Origin: Candidatus Cloacimonadales bacterium
Lineage (GTDB): Bacteria; Cloacimonadota; Cloacimonadia; Cloacimonadales; JAIOQZ01
Direction: 5' to 3'
DNA: 64,000 nt
Assembly: GCA_963662655.2 (NCBI GenBank)
Contig: CAXXTU010000002.1
Span: forward strand, 2,304,034 to 2,368,033
Shown here: piece after piece, positions 29,781-38,830 of the stretch
Position numbering within the stretch: the first letter of the stretch is position 1
Layout: every line of letters starts with the position of its first letter
Notes under the pieces: model-generated
Seen by the model: only the letters and a program-made list of their open reading frames with translations
Database searches by the model: none
What the model was told of the DNA's origin: nothing
Position numbers and translations under genes: made by a program

Positions 29781-32700
29781 ATGAAATCTATCCTTTTAGC
29801 GACCCTTTTCGTTTTTACTTTCAGTTGTGTTTTTGCCGATGGCGTACAGCCCTCGGGGGTTGGTACAGAGTCAAATCCATATCTGATTCAAACGCTCGAC
29901 AATCTATTATGGCTTTGTACGAACTCTGCCGAGTGGGACAAGGTCTATCGTCTCTGGAACAATATCGATGCGATCGGTTGTGCGAATTGGAGTCAGAGCG
30001 GTTTTATCCCAATCGGTAACGATGAAACACCTTTCACGGGGCAATTTCTCGGAAATCACCATACAATTAGTAATCTGTACATGAGGCGTCCTGATCAGGA
30101 GGGCTGCGGGATGTTCGGAAAGACGGAGTACGCGTTGATACAAAAGCTTTTCCTGGAGAACATTGATATTCAAGGACAGGCGGTTGTTGGTGGATTGATC
30201 GGCGCAGCGTACCAGACAGAGGTCAGCAACTGCTATGTGTCGGGTATAATCGAAGCAACTCACCAGAGTGCAAACATGAACAGCTACGTCGGGGGTTTGA
30301 TCGGTCGCACGACATCGTTTGTAAATGCGGCAACGCTTCTGTTTTGCGGTGCACATGTCGATATTACGGCAGATGGTGACTGCGTCGGCGGTCTGACCGG
30401 AATGATGTTGGCTGGCTTCGGAGGGAATCCCGGGGGGAATAATCTTATTGCTAATTGTTTTGCCCGTGGTAGCGTAAGCGCACGGGAGAAAGTTGGCGGT
30501 CTGGTCGGGTACATGAGGGGAACCAATGGGTTCAACAGCATTCAGAAATGCTACGCTGCATCTCAGGTATCCGGCACCAGCACAACCGGCGGTCTGGTTG
30601 CACAACGTGATCTCGGTAATGTGACCAATAGTATATGGGACATTGACACATCCGGACAAACATCCAGCGACGGCGGAACAGGAAAGAGTTTCTATGAGAT
30701 GCAAAACTACCTCACATACGAGGATATCGGATTTGAGTGGTATGTGGAGGATGACTATTGGGCAATGCATCCGGCCGTCAATGGCGGATACCCCTATCTT
30801 GCGACGTTGTATCCGCACAATGTCAGTTATCATCACGATCCAGCCTGTCGTCCTCCCGGATCCGGTACTTCGGAGGATCCTTATCAGATAAGGCATGCCA
30901 ACCATTTATACAGAATGAGCGTCGATCCTGCCATGTGGGATTCCCATGTCCAAATTTATAATGATATCGACTTCTCAATCTCCGCGGAGTATCATGACGG
31001 TAAAGGTTATCTGCCAATCGGCATCAGCAGCGATCGCTTCACTGGTTATGTCCATGGTGACAACAAGACGATATCGGGCCTCACGATCAATCGACCCGAC
31101 GAGTCTGTGATCGGCTTATTCGCCTACACCAATGGTTCGACCATCGAAAACTTAAAACTCGCCGATGTCGATATCACCTCACATGGAAACGTGGGTGCTA
31201 TTTCCGGGGAGGGATACAACGCCACGTTGATCAACTGCTCGGCATCGGGCAGCATAACCAGCACGGTGACCTCGGGCTATTCCTATGCCGGTGGACTGGT
31301 CGGCGTAAACAACGGCACATCTTCACACTCCTCCGAGATCGTAGATTGCTTTGCCGATATCGATATCAATGCGACGGAAGCTTACGTTGGCGGTCTGATC
31401 GGCGCGAACAAATCGGGAACGAACTACCTCGATGGTGGAAACATGCACATCTACCGTAGCGCTTCAAACGGAGCGATGAGTGGAAGTAGCTACGTCGGCG
31501 GCATAATCGGCAAAATTGAAGTGTTGCTCCACGGCGATGTTGCAATCGATAATTGCTATGCCACGGGAGAAATCGTTGGCAGCAACAGCTCCGCAGGACT
31601 TGTCGGAGAAATCGAGACCGATGCATCCAGCACTGTCACGATCGAAAAATGTTACGCAGCCGGAAATGTTGATTGCGGCGGCAGCTCCGGTGGACTGATC
31701 GGATACAATGATGGTGGAGATATATCCAATTCGTACTGGGATACTGAAGCGACCGGTCAGAGCTCCAGCGCCGGCGGAACCGGACTCAATACGGCGGCAA
31801 TGCAGAGTTTCTTCACGTTCTACGATGCCGGATGGGACTTCATGAACGAGCCTGATAACGGAACAGATGAGATATGGGGCATGAATAGCGCCGATAACGG
31901 CGGTTACCCATTCCTTACCTTCCAGGGATACACAAACAACTGGCCCAAACAACCCGATGGCAATGGCAGCGAAGCGAATCCCTGGCAGATCGCATCACAT
32001 ACCAATCTGCTTTGGATGAGTCTCAACCCGAACACTTTTGACGATTACTACATACAGATGGCCGATATCGACGCGACCGATACCCAGAACTGGTTCGATG
32101 GCGAGGGATTCCTGCCAATCGCTAACAACAGCCAGCGATTCACCGGAACCTACAATGGCGACGGTTATCAAATATCGAATCTGTACATAGATCGACCGGA
32201 TCAACGGTATATTGGCCTTTTCGGGTTCACGGCAGCGGCAACGATCGATGATGTGCATCTCACCAATGTTTCGATTCACGGGCAATCAGCCGTCGGTGCA
32301 TTGATCGGAGGCAAACGCAACGGCGATGTCGGCTCATGCTCTGCGACCGGCACACTGACCGTCGAACAGGATACTGGCGGTAATTCCTACGCAGGTGGTT
32401 TGATCGGACGGAACGAAGCGTTCGAATCGATCTCGTCGAACATCATCGAATGCTTCGCCGATGTCGATGTTACTGCGACAGGAGATTTTGTCGGAGGCCT
32501 GACCGGAAACAATCGCGCGGGATATCCCGGTTACGAAGGCGGAACGATCCTGATCGAGAACTGCTATGCACAAGGAGATGTGTCTGGAGACGAAAAGACC
32601 GGTGGTCTTATCGGTAACCAGGATGGAACCGACAGCGGGACCATCGAGGTGAATCATTGCTATTCATCCGGCGCAGTCACAGGAACCGGCGGTCTGATTG

Positions 32701-35700
32701 GAACCTGTACGCATGGCACCATAAACTCTTCATTCTGGGACACCGAGACCTCGGGACAAAGCTCCAGCGCTGGCGGGACAGGACTCACCACAGCAGAGAT
32801 GCAGAATTTCTTCACCTATATGGATTCCGGTTGGGACTTCATGGGTGAGTCTTTGAACGGAACAGAGAATTACTGGGGATTGAATAGCGAAGAGAATGGC
32901 GGCTATCCATTCCTCGCATGGCAGGGATACAATAACGCACCCTTCGAGCAGCCCAATGGAGACGGCTCTGCATCGACGCCATGGGAAATCGCTACCTTTT
33001 CCAATCTCATGTGGATATCGACCAATAGCGCCGTATGGGACGATCATTTCATTCAGACGGACGATATCGTTGCATACTCGACAAGGGATACGCTTGGTAT
33101 CTCTCCCATCGGATCAAATTCCAACCCTTTCAGCGGCAATTACGATGGAGGCGGTCACACGATTACAGGTGTCGTAATCAACAAGCCAAATCGTGAATAC
33201 GTCGGGCTTTTCGCCTATGCGCAAAACGCCCATCTGGAAGATATCCATCTTGTCGATGCGGACGTTACCGGATTGAGGAATGTCGGAGGACTTGTCGGTA
33301 TGTGTAAAAACACCGATATTCATAACTGCTCGACAACGGGAAGCGTAACGGTACCGCAAAACTTCGCCGGAGGATTGATCGGAGAGATCTATGCCACTGA
33401 GAACCATGAATGCAACATCACATCCTGTTTCGCGGATATGGAAACCAGTGCAGCCAATAACTACGCTGGTGGGCTTGCGGCAATACTAACTTCCGGTATC
33501 CTTTTCAGTGAAGGTGGAGACATCCTGATATCCAATTGCTACACCATTGGTTCCGTTACTGCACCGGAATATACTGGAGGATTGATCGGATGTATGCCCG
33601 AGTCGTCGGTGGATTGTGGTTATGTGCAAGTCTCCAATTCTTTCAGTGCGACGGAGGTAAACGGTAGCTCGCATCGTGGTGGATTGGTTGGGTATCGAAG
33701 TTACGGTTATATCGTTTCATCATTCTGGGACACCGAAGTCTCCGGCATGTCCTCCAGCGATGGCGGAACCGGCCTCACCACGGCAGAGATGAGGGAAATC
33801 TCCACATACTTGGACGCCGGCTGGGACTTCATGGATGAAGAGGATAACGGAACGGACGATATCTGGGGTATCAATCCCGCTGAGAACAGCGGCTATCCCT
33901 TTCTCTCGTGGCAAGGATACGAGAATACCCCAGAGGCATATTTCACCGGCTCCGGAACCACCGAAGATCCTTATCTTATCAGCAATTTACTACAACTAAA
34001 CCACATATCGAACGATGACACCTTTTGGGACAAACATTTCGTGCAGGTGGCGGACATCGATGCAGCCGACACGCAAAACTGGTATGATGGCGCGGGATTC
34101 ATACCGATCGGAAACAATTCCCATCGCTTTACCGGTAGCTATGACGGTGGCGGATACACCATTGACGGACTGACGATCAATTGCAGCAGCAGGGAATATG
34201 CAGGCCTTTTCGGATATACTGAATTCGCTGAGATCACAGATGTCCATCTTGAAAATGTCAGCATATTCGCAAAAAAATACGTAGGTGCATTGATTGGAAG
34301 GAATCGTTGCAGCAACGTAACGCAATGCTCCGCTACAATAACCGTAGCGGCAAATAGCCGTACATATTCATATATAGGCGGACTGATAGGTGTTTGTGGA
34401 ATTGGTTACCATGATCCTGGAATGCAAGTGACAGAATGCTGGACAAATGTTTCAATCTGCACTTTAGGCGGTTATTGTGGGGGATTGATTGGTGAGTTAT
34501 TAAATGAAAATCTAGATGACAATTGTGTAAATATATCTAACTGCTACACGCAAGGCTCTGTCTCTGCCAATCGATTTGCGGCAGGATTAATCGGTAACGT
34601 TATTACAGCCATACACGAATCCTTCATGTTGGAGGATTGCTATTCATCATGCTATGTTGATCAAAACCCATATAACGATGATTTCGGTGGACTAATCATG
34701 TCTTGGACGTCATGTATCGTCAATAACAGCTTCTGGGATATTGAAGCGTCGGGAATATCAACCAGCGCCGGTGGAACCGGCCTCACCACGGCAGAGATGC
34801 AGAATCCCCAAACCTACCTTGACGCAGGATGGGACTTTATGGACGAATCCTTTAACGGTACGAACGATGTATGGGGGATCAATCCGGAGGAAAATGACGG
34901 CTATCCCTTCCTCGCGTGGCAGGGATACGAACATGTTAACGAATGGACTCCTGACGGTTTCGGTACCGAATCTGATCCCTATCAGATAGCCAATCTTACC
35001 AATCTTGCCTGGCTATCCGATCACAGCGATGAATGGGACAAACACTTCGTGCAGGTGGCAGACATCGATGCAACTGAAACGCAAAACTGGTACGACGGCG
35101 CGGGATTCCTGCCAATCGGGAACGGTACCTATCAATTTACCGGCTGTTATGACGGTGCCGGATACGCCATCGAGGGACTTACCATCAACCGCAGCAATAA
35201 AACATACGCTGGTCTTTTCGGATATACGAGATTTGCTGATATCTCGAATATCCATCTTGAAAATGCCAATATATTCGCTAAAAAGTACATCGGCGCGATT
35301 ATTGGCAAGGCTCGAAGCTGCAACGTAACACAATGCTCCGCTACCGGAACGGTTGATGGAAACGAAGCCACTCAAACTCATATTGGTGGATTGATTGGAT
35401 ATTGTTATCGTGAAGATGGTGATCCCGGAATCCAGATTATAGAATGCTGTACAAACATTTCCGCCAGTGCTTCAGGCAGGTTCTGCGGTGGGTTAATCGG
35501 ACTAATATCCATCTATGTCAATGACGATATTGGCGTAACGATATCAAACTGCAGCGCTCAAGGTTCGGTTTCAGCCTTCATGCTGTATGCCGGACTTGTA
35601 GGGAGCGCTTATTCTTCCATGGGAGGATTGATGCTGGTGGAAAATTGCTATTCCTCATGCTATATTGAACAAAACAATCAAGAAGCGTGGGGAGGTCTAA

Positions 35701-36218
35701 TAGCAGATTGTAATTACTGTGTTGTCAATAATTGCTTCTGGGATATTGAGGCGTCAGGAGTTGACCACAGCGTTGGCGGTATCGGTCTCACCACCGCAGA
35801 AATGCATAATCCCCAAACCTACCTTGACGCCGGATGGGATTTCATGGATGAGACCCAGAACGGCACGAACGATATCTGGGGTATCAATCCAGATGAGAAT
35901 GGCGGCTATCCCTTCCTCGCATGGCAGGGATACGAGAATATTCCACCGTCACCGGATGCACCGCAGGATATCGTCCTGACGACCGATTCAACCAGCGTGA
36001 CGATCACCTGGAGCCCCGTAACCGGCGCGACAAGCTACAGGGTTTTCTCCTGCGCCACACCGGACGGTGAATTTGTCGAAGATACGTCCGGCACATTCGA
36101 GAATGAATCCTGGATTGCACCGATGCCACGCGGAGGACGTTATTTCTACGTGAAAGCTGTTCGTGAATCTTCACGTCGAAATGAAGCGCTTCAGCGACAA
36201 GGTTTAAGAGCAAATTAG
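29781..36218 (+). CDS. Giant GLUG-repeat surface protein (six ~330-aa modules plus a C-terminal FN3-like domain); lacks a T9SS sorting tail
   Basis: Likely start at the ATG at 29781 (MKSILLATLFVFTFSCVFA), paralogous to the GLUG-1 N-terminus. Six modules each end in GYP[FY]L..[QL][GY]. The last two modules are ~70% identical by eye. It ends ...SYRVFSCATPDGEF...YVKAVRESSRRNEALQRQGLRAN with no NPFNP motif. Confidence 0.85.
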   Translation: MKSILLATLFVFTFSCVFADGVQPSGVGTESNPYLIQTLDNLLWLCTNSAEWDKVYRLWNNIDAIGCANWSQSGFIPIGNDETPFTGQFLGNHHTISNLYMRRPDQEGCGMFGKTEYALIQKLFLENIDIQGQAVVGGLIGAAYQTEVSNCYVSGIIEATHQSANMNSYVGGLIGRTTSFVNAATLLFCGAHVDITADGDCVGGLTGMMLAGFGGNPGGNNLIANCFARGSVSAREKVGGLVGYMRGTNGFNSIQKCYAASQVSGTSTTGGLVAQRDLGNVTNSIWDIDTSGQTSSDGGTGKSFYEMQNYLTYEDIGFEWYVEDDYWAMHPAVNGGYPYLATLYPHNVSYHHDPACRPPGSGTSEDPYQIRHANHLYRMSVDPAMWDSHVQIYNDIDFSISAEYHDGKGYLPIGISSDRFTGYVHGDNKTISGLTINRPDESVIGLFAYTNGSTIENLKLADVDITSHGNVGAISGEGYNATLINCSASGSITSTVTSGYSYAGGLVGVNNGTSSHSSEIVDCFADIDINATEAYVGGLIGANKSGTNYLDGGNMHIYRSASNGAMSGSSYVGGIIGKIEVLLHGDVAIDNCYATGEIVGSNSSAGLVGEIETDASSTVTIEKCYAAGNVDCGGSSGGLIGYNDGGDISNSYWDTEATGQSSSAGGTGLNTAAMQSFFTFYDAGWDFMNEPDNGTDEIWGMNSADNGGYPFLTFQGYTNNWPKQPDGNGSEANPWQIASHTNLLWMSLNPNTFDDYYIQMADIDATDTQNWFDGEGFLPIANNSQRFTGTYNGDGYQISNLYIDRPDQRYIGLFGFTAAATIDDVHLTNVSIHGQSAVGALIGGKRNGDVGSCSATGTLTVEQDTGGNSYAGGLIGRNEAFESISSNIIECFADVDVTATGDFVGGLTGNNRAGYPGYEGGTILIENCYAQGDVSGDEKTGGLIGNQDGTDSGTIEVNHCYSSGAVTGTGGLIGTCTHGTINSSFWDTETSGQSSSAGGTGLTTAEMQNFFTYMDSGWDFMGESLNGTENYWGLNSEENGGYPFLAWQGYNNAPFEQPNGDGSASTPWEIATFSNLMWISTNSAVWDDHFIQTDDIVAYSTRDTLGISPIGSNSNPFSGNYDGGGHTITGVVINKPNREYVGLFAYAQNAHLEDIHLVDADVTGLRNVGGLVGMCKNTDIHNCSTTGSVTVPQNFAGGLIGEIYATENHECNITSCFADMETSAANNYAGGLAAILTSGILFSEGGDILISNCYTIGSVTAPEYTGGLIGCMPESSVDCGYVQVSNSFSATEVNGSSHRGGLVGYRSYGYIVSSFWDTEVSGMSSSDGGTGLTTAEMREISTYLDAGWDFMDEEDNGTDDIWGINPAENSGYPFLSWQGYENTPEAYFTGSGTTEDPYLISNLLQLNHISNDDTFWDKHFVQVADIDAADTQNWYDGAGFIPIGNNSHRFTGSYDGGGYTIDGLTINCSSREYAGLFGYTEFAEITDVHLENVSIFAKKYVGALIGRNRCSNVTQCSATITVAANSRTYSYIGGLIGVCGIGYHDPGMQVTECWTNVSICTLGGYCGGLIGELLNENLDDNCVNISNCYTQGSVSANRFAAGLIGNVITAIHESFMLEDCYSSCYVDQNPYNDDFGGLIMSWTSCIVNNSFWDIEASGISTSAGGTGLTTAEMQNPQTYLDAGWDFMDESFNGTNDVWGINPEENDGYPFLAWQGYEHVNEWTPDGFGTESDPYQIANLTNLAWLSDHSDEWDKHFVQVADIDATETQNWYDGAGFLPIGNGTYQFTGCYDGAGYAIEGLTINRSNKTYAGLFGYTRFADISNIHLENANIFAKKYIGAIIGKARSCNVTQCSATGTVDGNEATQTHIGGLIGYCYREDGDPGIQIIECCTNISASASGRFCGGLIGLISIYVNDDIGVTISNCSAQGSVSAFMLYAGLVGSAYSSMGGLMLVENCYSSCYIEQNNQEAWGGLIADCNYCVVNNCFWDIEASGVDHSVGGIGLTTAEMHNPQTYLDAGWDFMDETQNGTNDIWGINPDENGGYPFLAWQGYENIPPSPDAPQDIVLTTDSTSVTITWSPVTGATSYRVFSCATPDGEFVEDTSGTFENESWIAPMPRGGRYFYVKAVRESSRRNEALQRQGLRAN

Positions 36219-36629
36219 CAATAAAACCATACCGTTTTGGCCCGAGTCGAAGGATTCGGGCCTGAATGGCTTAGGTTGCCCTTGCAGTTTCGTTGTCGTT
36301 GGTAATCTCACGTAATTTTGTCTGGTTTCATTCTTCGCCTGACTGCTCTTCCTGGTGACACTTCTACTTGCCGGTTTATTCACTGCTGTGACTTAGAAGA
36401 AAGCGTTCGGAACGGTCATATCAATGTTGACAACCCCATCCCCGGCCCTTCCCCTTCGCGCGAAGAGGAAGGGAGCAGAGAGGCTGCGTCTGCTGTCTGA
36501 ATCAGCAACTGTGTGCCCGTCAAGTTTGAAATAGGGAAAATTCCTGCTTCCGTTTTCCGTGGATAAATGCTTAAATTTGTCTGAAGTGAACACAATCCAC
36601 ATTACGATTAGAAAACCAGTCACTTTGTG

Positions 36630-36887
36630 GTTTTTCAGGAGATGTGGATTGTGGACAAATTTCTCGTAGTAGTTGATATCCCACCAGTCCCAGCACCACT
36701 CAAACACATTCCCGCTCTGGTCATATGTCCCAATACCGTTTGCCTGCTTCTCGCCTACGGGATGAGTATGATCGCTGGAGTTCGAGCTATACCACGCCAC
36801 GTCATCGATGTTGTTGCTCCCGGCATACGTGTAGTCCGGCGTGTTGGTAGCACCGCGAGCACTGTATTCCCATTCGGCTTCGGTGGG
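36630..36887 (-). pseudogene. Fragment of a formylglycine-generating-enzyme (FGE/SUMF1) family gene
   Basis: The minus-strand reading PTEAEWEYSARGATNTPDYTYAGSNNIDDVAWYSSNSSDHTHPVGEKQANGIGTYDQSGNVFEWCWDWWDINYY carries the FGE-sulfatase signature (TEAEWEYAARG...PVG...G.YDM.GNVWEW..D.Y). There is no N-terminal half, and the 3' part degenerates. Confidence 0.65.
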
Positions 36888-36890
36888 TTG

Positions 36891-37594
36891 GGCGATGTGA
36901 ATGAGGATAGCATGACCGCGATCGGTTGCAGACTTTGGCGGGGTGGCGAAACGATTCACTGGGACAGGTATGGACATTTCGAATATTACTCTTCTTTTCA
37001 CCCTTCTTATGGTGACTTGAATGCAGACGGGAAAGGAGATATTGTAAAACCGTATCATATTCCGATGCAGGGAGCTGGAGGAATCCTTTACATGTACCTT
37101 GGCAATTAAAATGGAACGTGGGATTACAATCAAGGCAATTCAGCAGAGGGATATGGGATTGCCTATTCCCATGCCGTTGGCGATTTCGATCATGACGGTT
37201 TCGACGATATTGCAGTAGGTACGTATGGAAATGGCAGCAACTATAATACAAACTGGGGATATATTTACGTTTATGGCGGACATGTGGATATCGAAGAGGT
37301 GGATACCGATGATACGAGCGACGAGTCAGTTCCACCTTCAGATATTACTTTCAATACTTACCCGAATCCGTTCAATCCGGAGATATCGTTCGAGTTAATG
37401 AGCGACAAAACTACAGAGATTTGAGGATAGAGATTTTCAATGTAAAGGGGTAAAAAATCGAAACTATTCCCATTAGGACAACGCGAGAGACCATCAGTTG
37501 GGATGCTGGTGCGCAAGCAAGTGGCGTCTATTTATGTGAACTCAATGCCGGAAGTTAAAAACTACAGACAAGGAAGGTGACGATGATTAAGTAG
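36891..37594 (+). pseudogene. Degraded, 5'-truncated paralog of the FG-GAP/T9SS gene
   Basis: Aligns to aa ~296-530 of ORF 26836..28428. It carries an in-frame TAA at 37107-37109 (LGN*NGTWDY vs LGDQNGTMDY). It also has a 1-nt deletion near 37410-37425 and two further TAA stops in the sorting-tail region. Confidence 0.85.
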
Positions 37595-37713
37595 TTGAAG
37601 CATCTCCCTGTACCCGGAGCTTTGCCTTGTGTACATGGTTGAGATTCTTTCGTTCGTCTTTGATTCTGGTTTATCATATTACTGACAAAATAGTGCAAAA
37701 ACTGGCAAGCTAC
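36891..37713. repeat. Copy B of the ~825-bp dispersed direct repeat
   Basis: See copy A (27721-28547). Homology ends at ...ctggcaagctac in both copies. Confidence 0.85.
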
Positions 37714-37758
37714 TTGTCATTCTTCGCGGATTTTTGTCAGTTGCAATCAGATATAAAA

Positions 37759-37790
37759 GAAAGGCTCCGAATCACTTCGGAGCCTTTTAT
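37759..37790. terminator. Bidirectional rho-independent terminator (11-bp stem, 4-nt loop)
   Basis: AAGGCTCCGAA-tcac-TTCGGAGCCTT is flanked by TTTT on the plus strand and TCTTTTAT on the minus strand. It lies 27 nt downstream of the tRNA-Thr 3' end. Confidence 0.8.
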
Positions 37791-37816
37791 AGCGGGGTTT
37801 TACGCCCACTCTATAC

Positions 37817-37892
37817 TGGAGCTAAAAGGGGGATTCGAACCCCCGACCTGCTGATTACGAATCAGCTGCTCTACCAACTGAGCTATTTCAGC
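37817..37892 (-). tRNA. tRNA-Thr (anticodon CGT), CCA encoded
   Basis: The reverse complement GCTGAAATAGCTCAGTTGGTAGAGCAGCTGATTCGTAATCAGCAGGTCGGGGGTTCGAATCCCCCTTTTAGCTCCA folds as a cloverleaf. Acceptor GCTGAAA/TTTTAGC, D stem GCTC/GAGC, anticodon stem GCTGA/TCAGC with loop TTCGTAA, T stem GGGGG/CCCCC with loop TTCGAAT. Confidence 0.93.
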
Positions 37893-37895
37893 TTC

Positions 37896-38573
37896 TTATT
37901 TGTATCCTTCAACAAGGACCGGAAGTCCTGCTGACGTGAAATCAAAAACTGTTCGATTGAGTTTCTTGTCAAGTTCTTCGATTGAAGCTTCGCCATCCGA
38001 GCAAATTATTTCGTAAAAACCGGGGGCTACAACCTCGATGTAGGTAGGCATATTTTCTTGCAGCGTAGATGGATACCAGAACCCGACGCCATCCAGCATG
38101 ATCTCGTCGTTGGAGACACTAATCGTCTCGAGCATGTCGTTCAATTTCAGATTATACTTCATCTCGACCGTCACGGGATTGTTGCCGCTTGGAACGTCGC
38201 TGAAATCGAGCGAGTACAGCCTCGCGTACTTGCCGATCCGCAGCCAGTCGTCCTGGGAAAGGTTCTCGCCGAAATCTTCGCGATAGATTTTTAGGACTTC
38301 CTGGGCCTCAACTTTTTCACCGTTGATCTGAACACTTTCAAGATACATATATTGATTCAGCAGGAACCGGCTCGTCGGGGAGTCGATAAATGCGCTGCGA
38401 TCCACTTTCAGCGTTGCCTGAAAGAAAAGCAGATTACCCGTGGGCTGTACGGTAGCGGTGAAAGCTCGTTCCAGCACCGGCATAAGGAATGAAACCTTCT
38501 TCTCGGTCTTATTTCCTGCACAGGATAACAGAATCATGGCAACCAGAATCATTGAGAAAATCTTCTTTATCAC
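37896..38573 (-). CDS. Lipoprotein of unknown function
   Basis: The likely start is the GTG at 38573, 7 nt after AAGGAG. Signal peptide VIKKIFSMILVAMILLSCAG with lipobox LLSC. The track start at 38594 is a TTG. Confidence 0.6.
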   Translation of the reverse strand: MIKKIFSMILVAMILLSCAGNKTEKKVSFLMPVLERAFTATVQPTGNLLFFQATLKVDRSAFIDSPTSRFLLNQYMYLESVQINGEKVEAQEVLKIYREDFGENLSQDDWLRIGKYARLYSLDFSDVPSGNNPVTVEMKYNLKLNDMLETISVSNDEIMLDGVGFWYPSTLQENMPTYIEVVAPGFYEIICSDGEASIEELDKKLNRTVFDFTSAGLPVLVEGYK

Positions 38574-38830
38574 TTTCTTACTCCTTAATCTCAAACGTAT
38601 AGATTTTTCCGCTCCAGTTTTCCGTCAACTTATTTATCAGTAATGACAGTGTTTACCATGACATTCTGCCGGCGTATCGACATTTTCTTGGTCGAAAAAA
38701 AGAACATGCGAAAAATGTCTTGACGATGTTCATTCCCGCCAGAAATTGCACGAATTTCCTGATTGATTTTCGTGGACAAATTGATCATGATAAAGATAGT
38801 GAATCATATAAACTCACAATGGGAGGAAGG

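Noticed and set aside
29907-30905. 332-aa minus-strand ORF, and many similar 60-160-aa ORFs across 29.8-36.2 kb and 21.7-26.2 kb
   Set aside because: They are antisense or off-frame within the GLUG-repeat genes. The repetitive composition keeps alternative frames open.
36885-36902. Internal deletion in the FG-GAP pseudogene, inferred from GLGDVN matching the fourth FG-GAP repeat of copy A
   Set aside because: The same bases align more simply, and collinearly, to GYDIPED just upstream of the shared CRLWRGG block. The apparent match also overlaps the end of the FGE fragment on the other strand, so the deletion hypothesis is unnecessary.
21740-37594. Stop-codon reassignment (TAA/TAG read as sense) to explain the in-frame stops in GLUG-1 and the TPR remnant
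   Set aside because: TAA, TAG and TGA all terminate well-conserved genes at the expected positions in this window (cas genes, lysS, rel, and T9SS tails ending ...L[IL]K). The FG-GAP pseudogene also carries a frameshift and a 5' truncation. Ordinary gene decay or sequence error is therefore more parsimonious.
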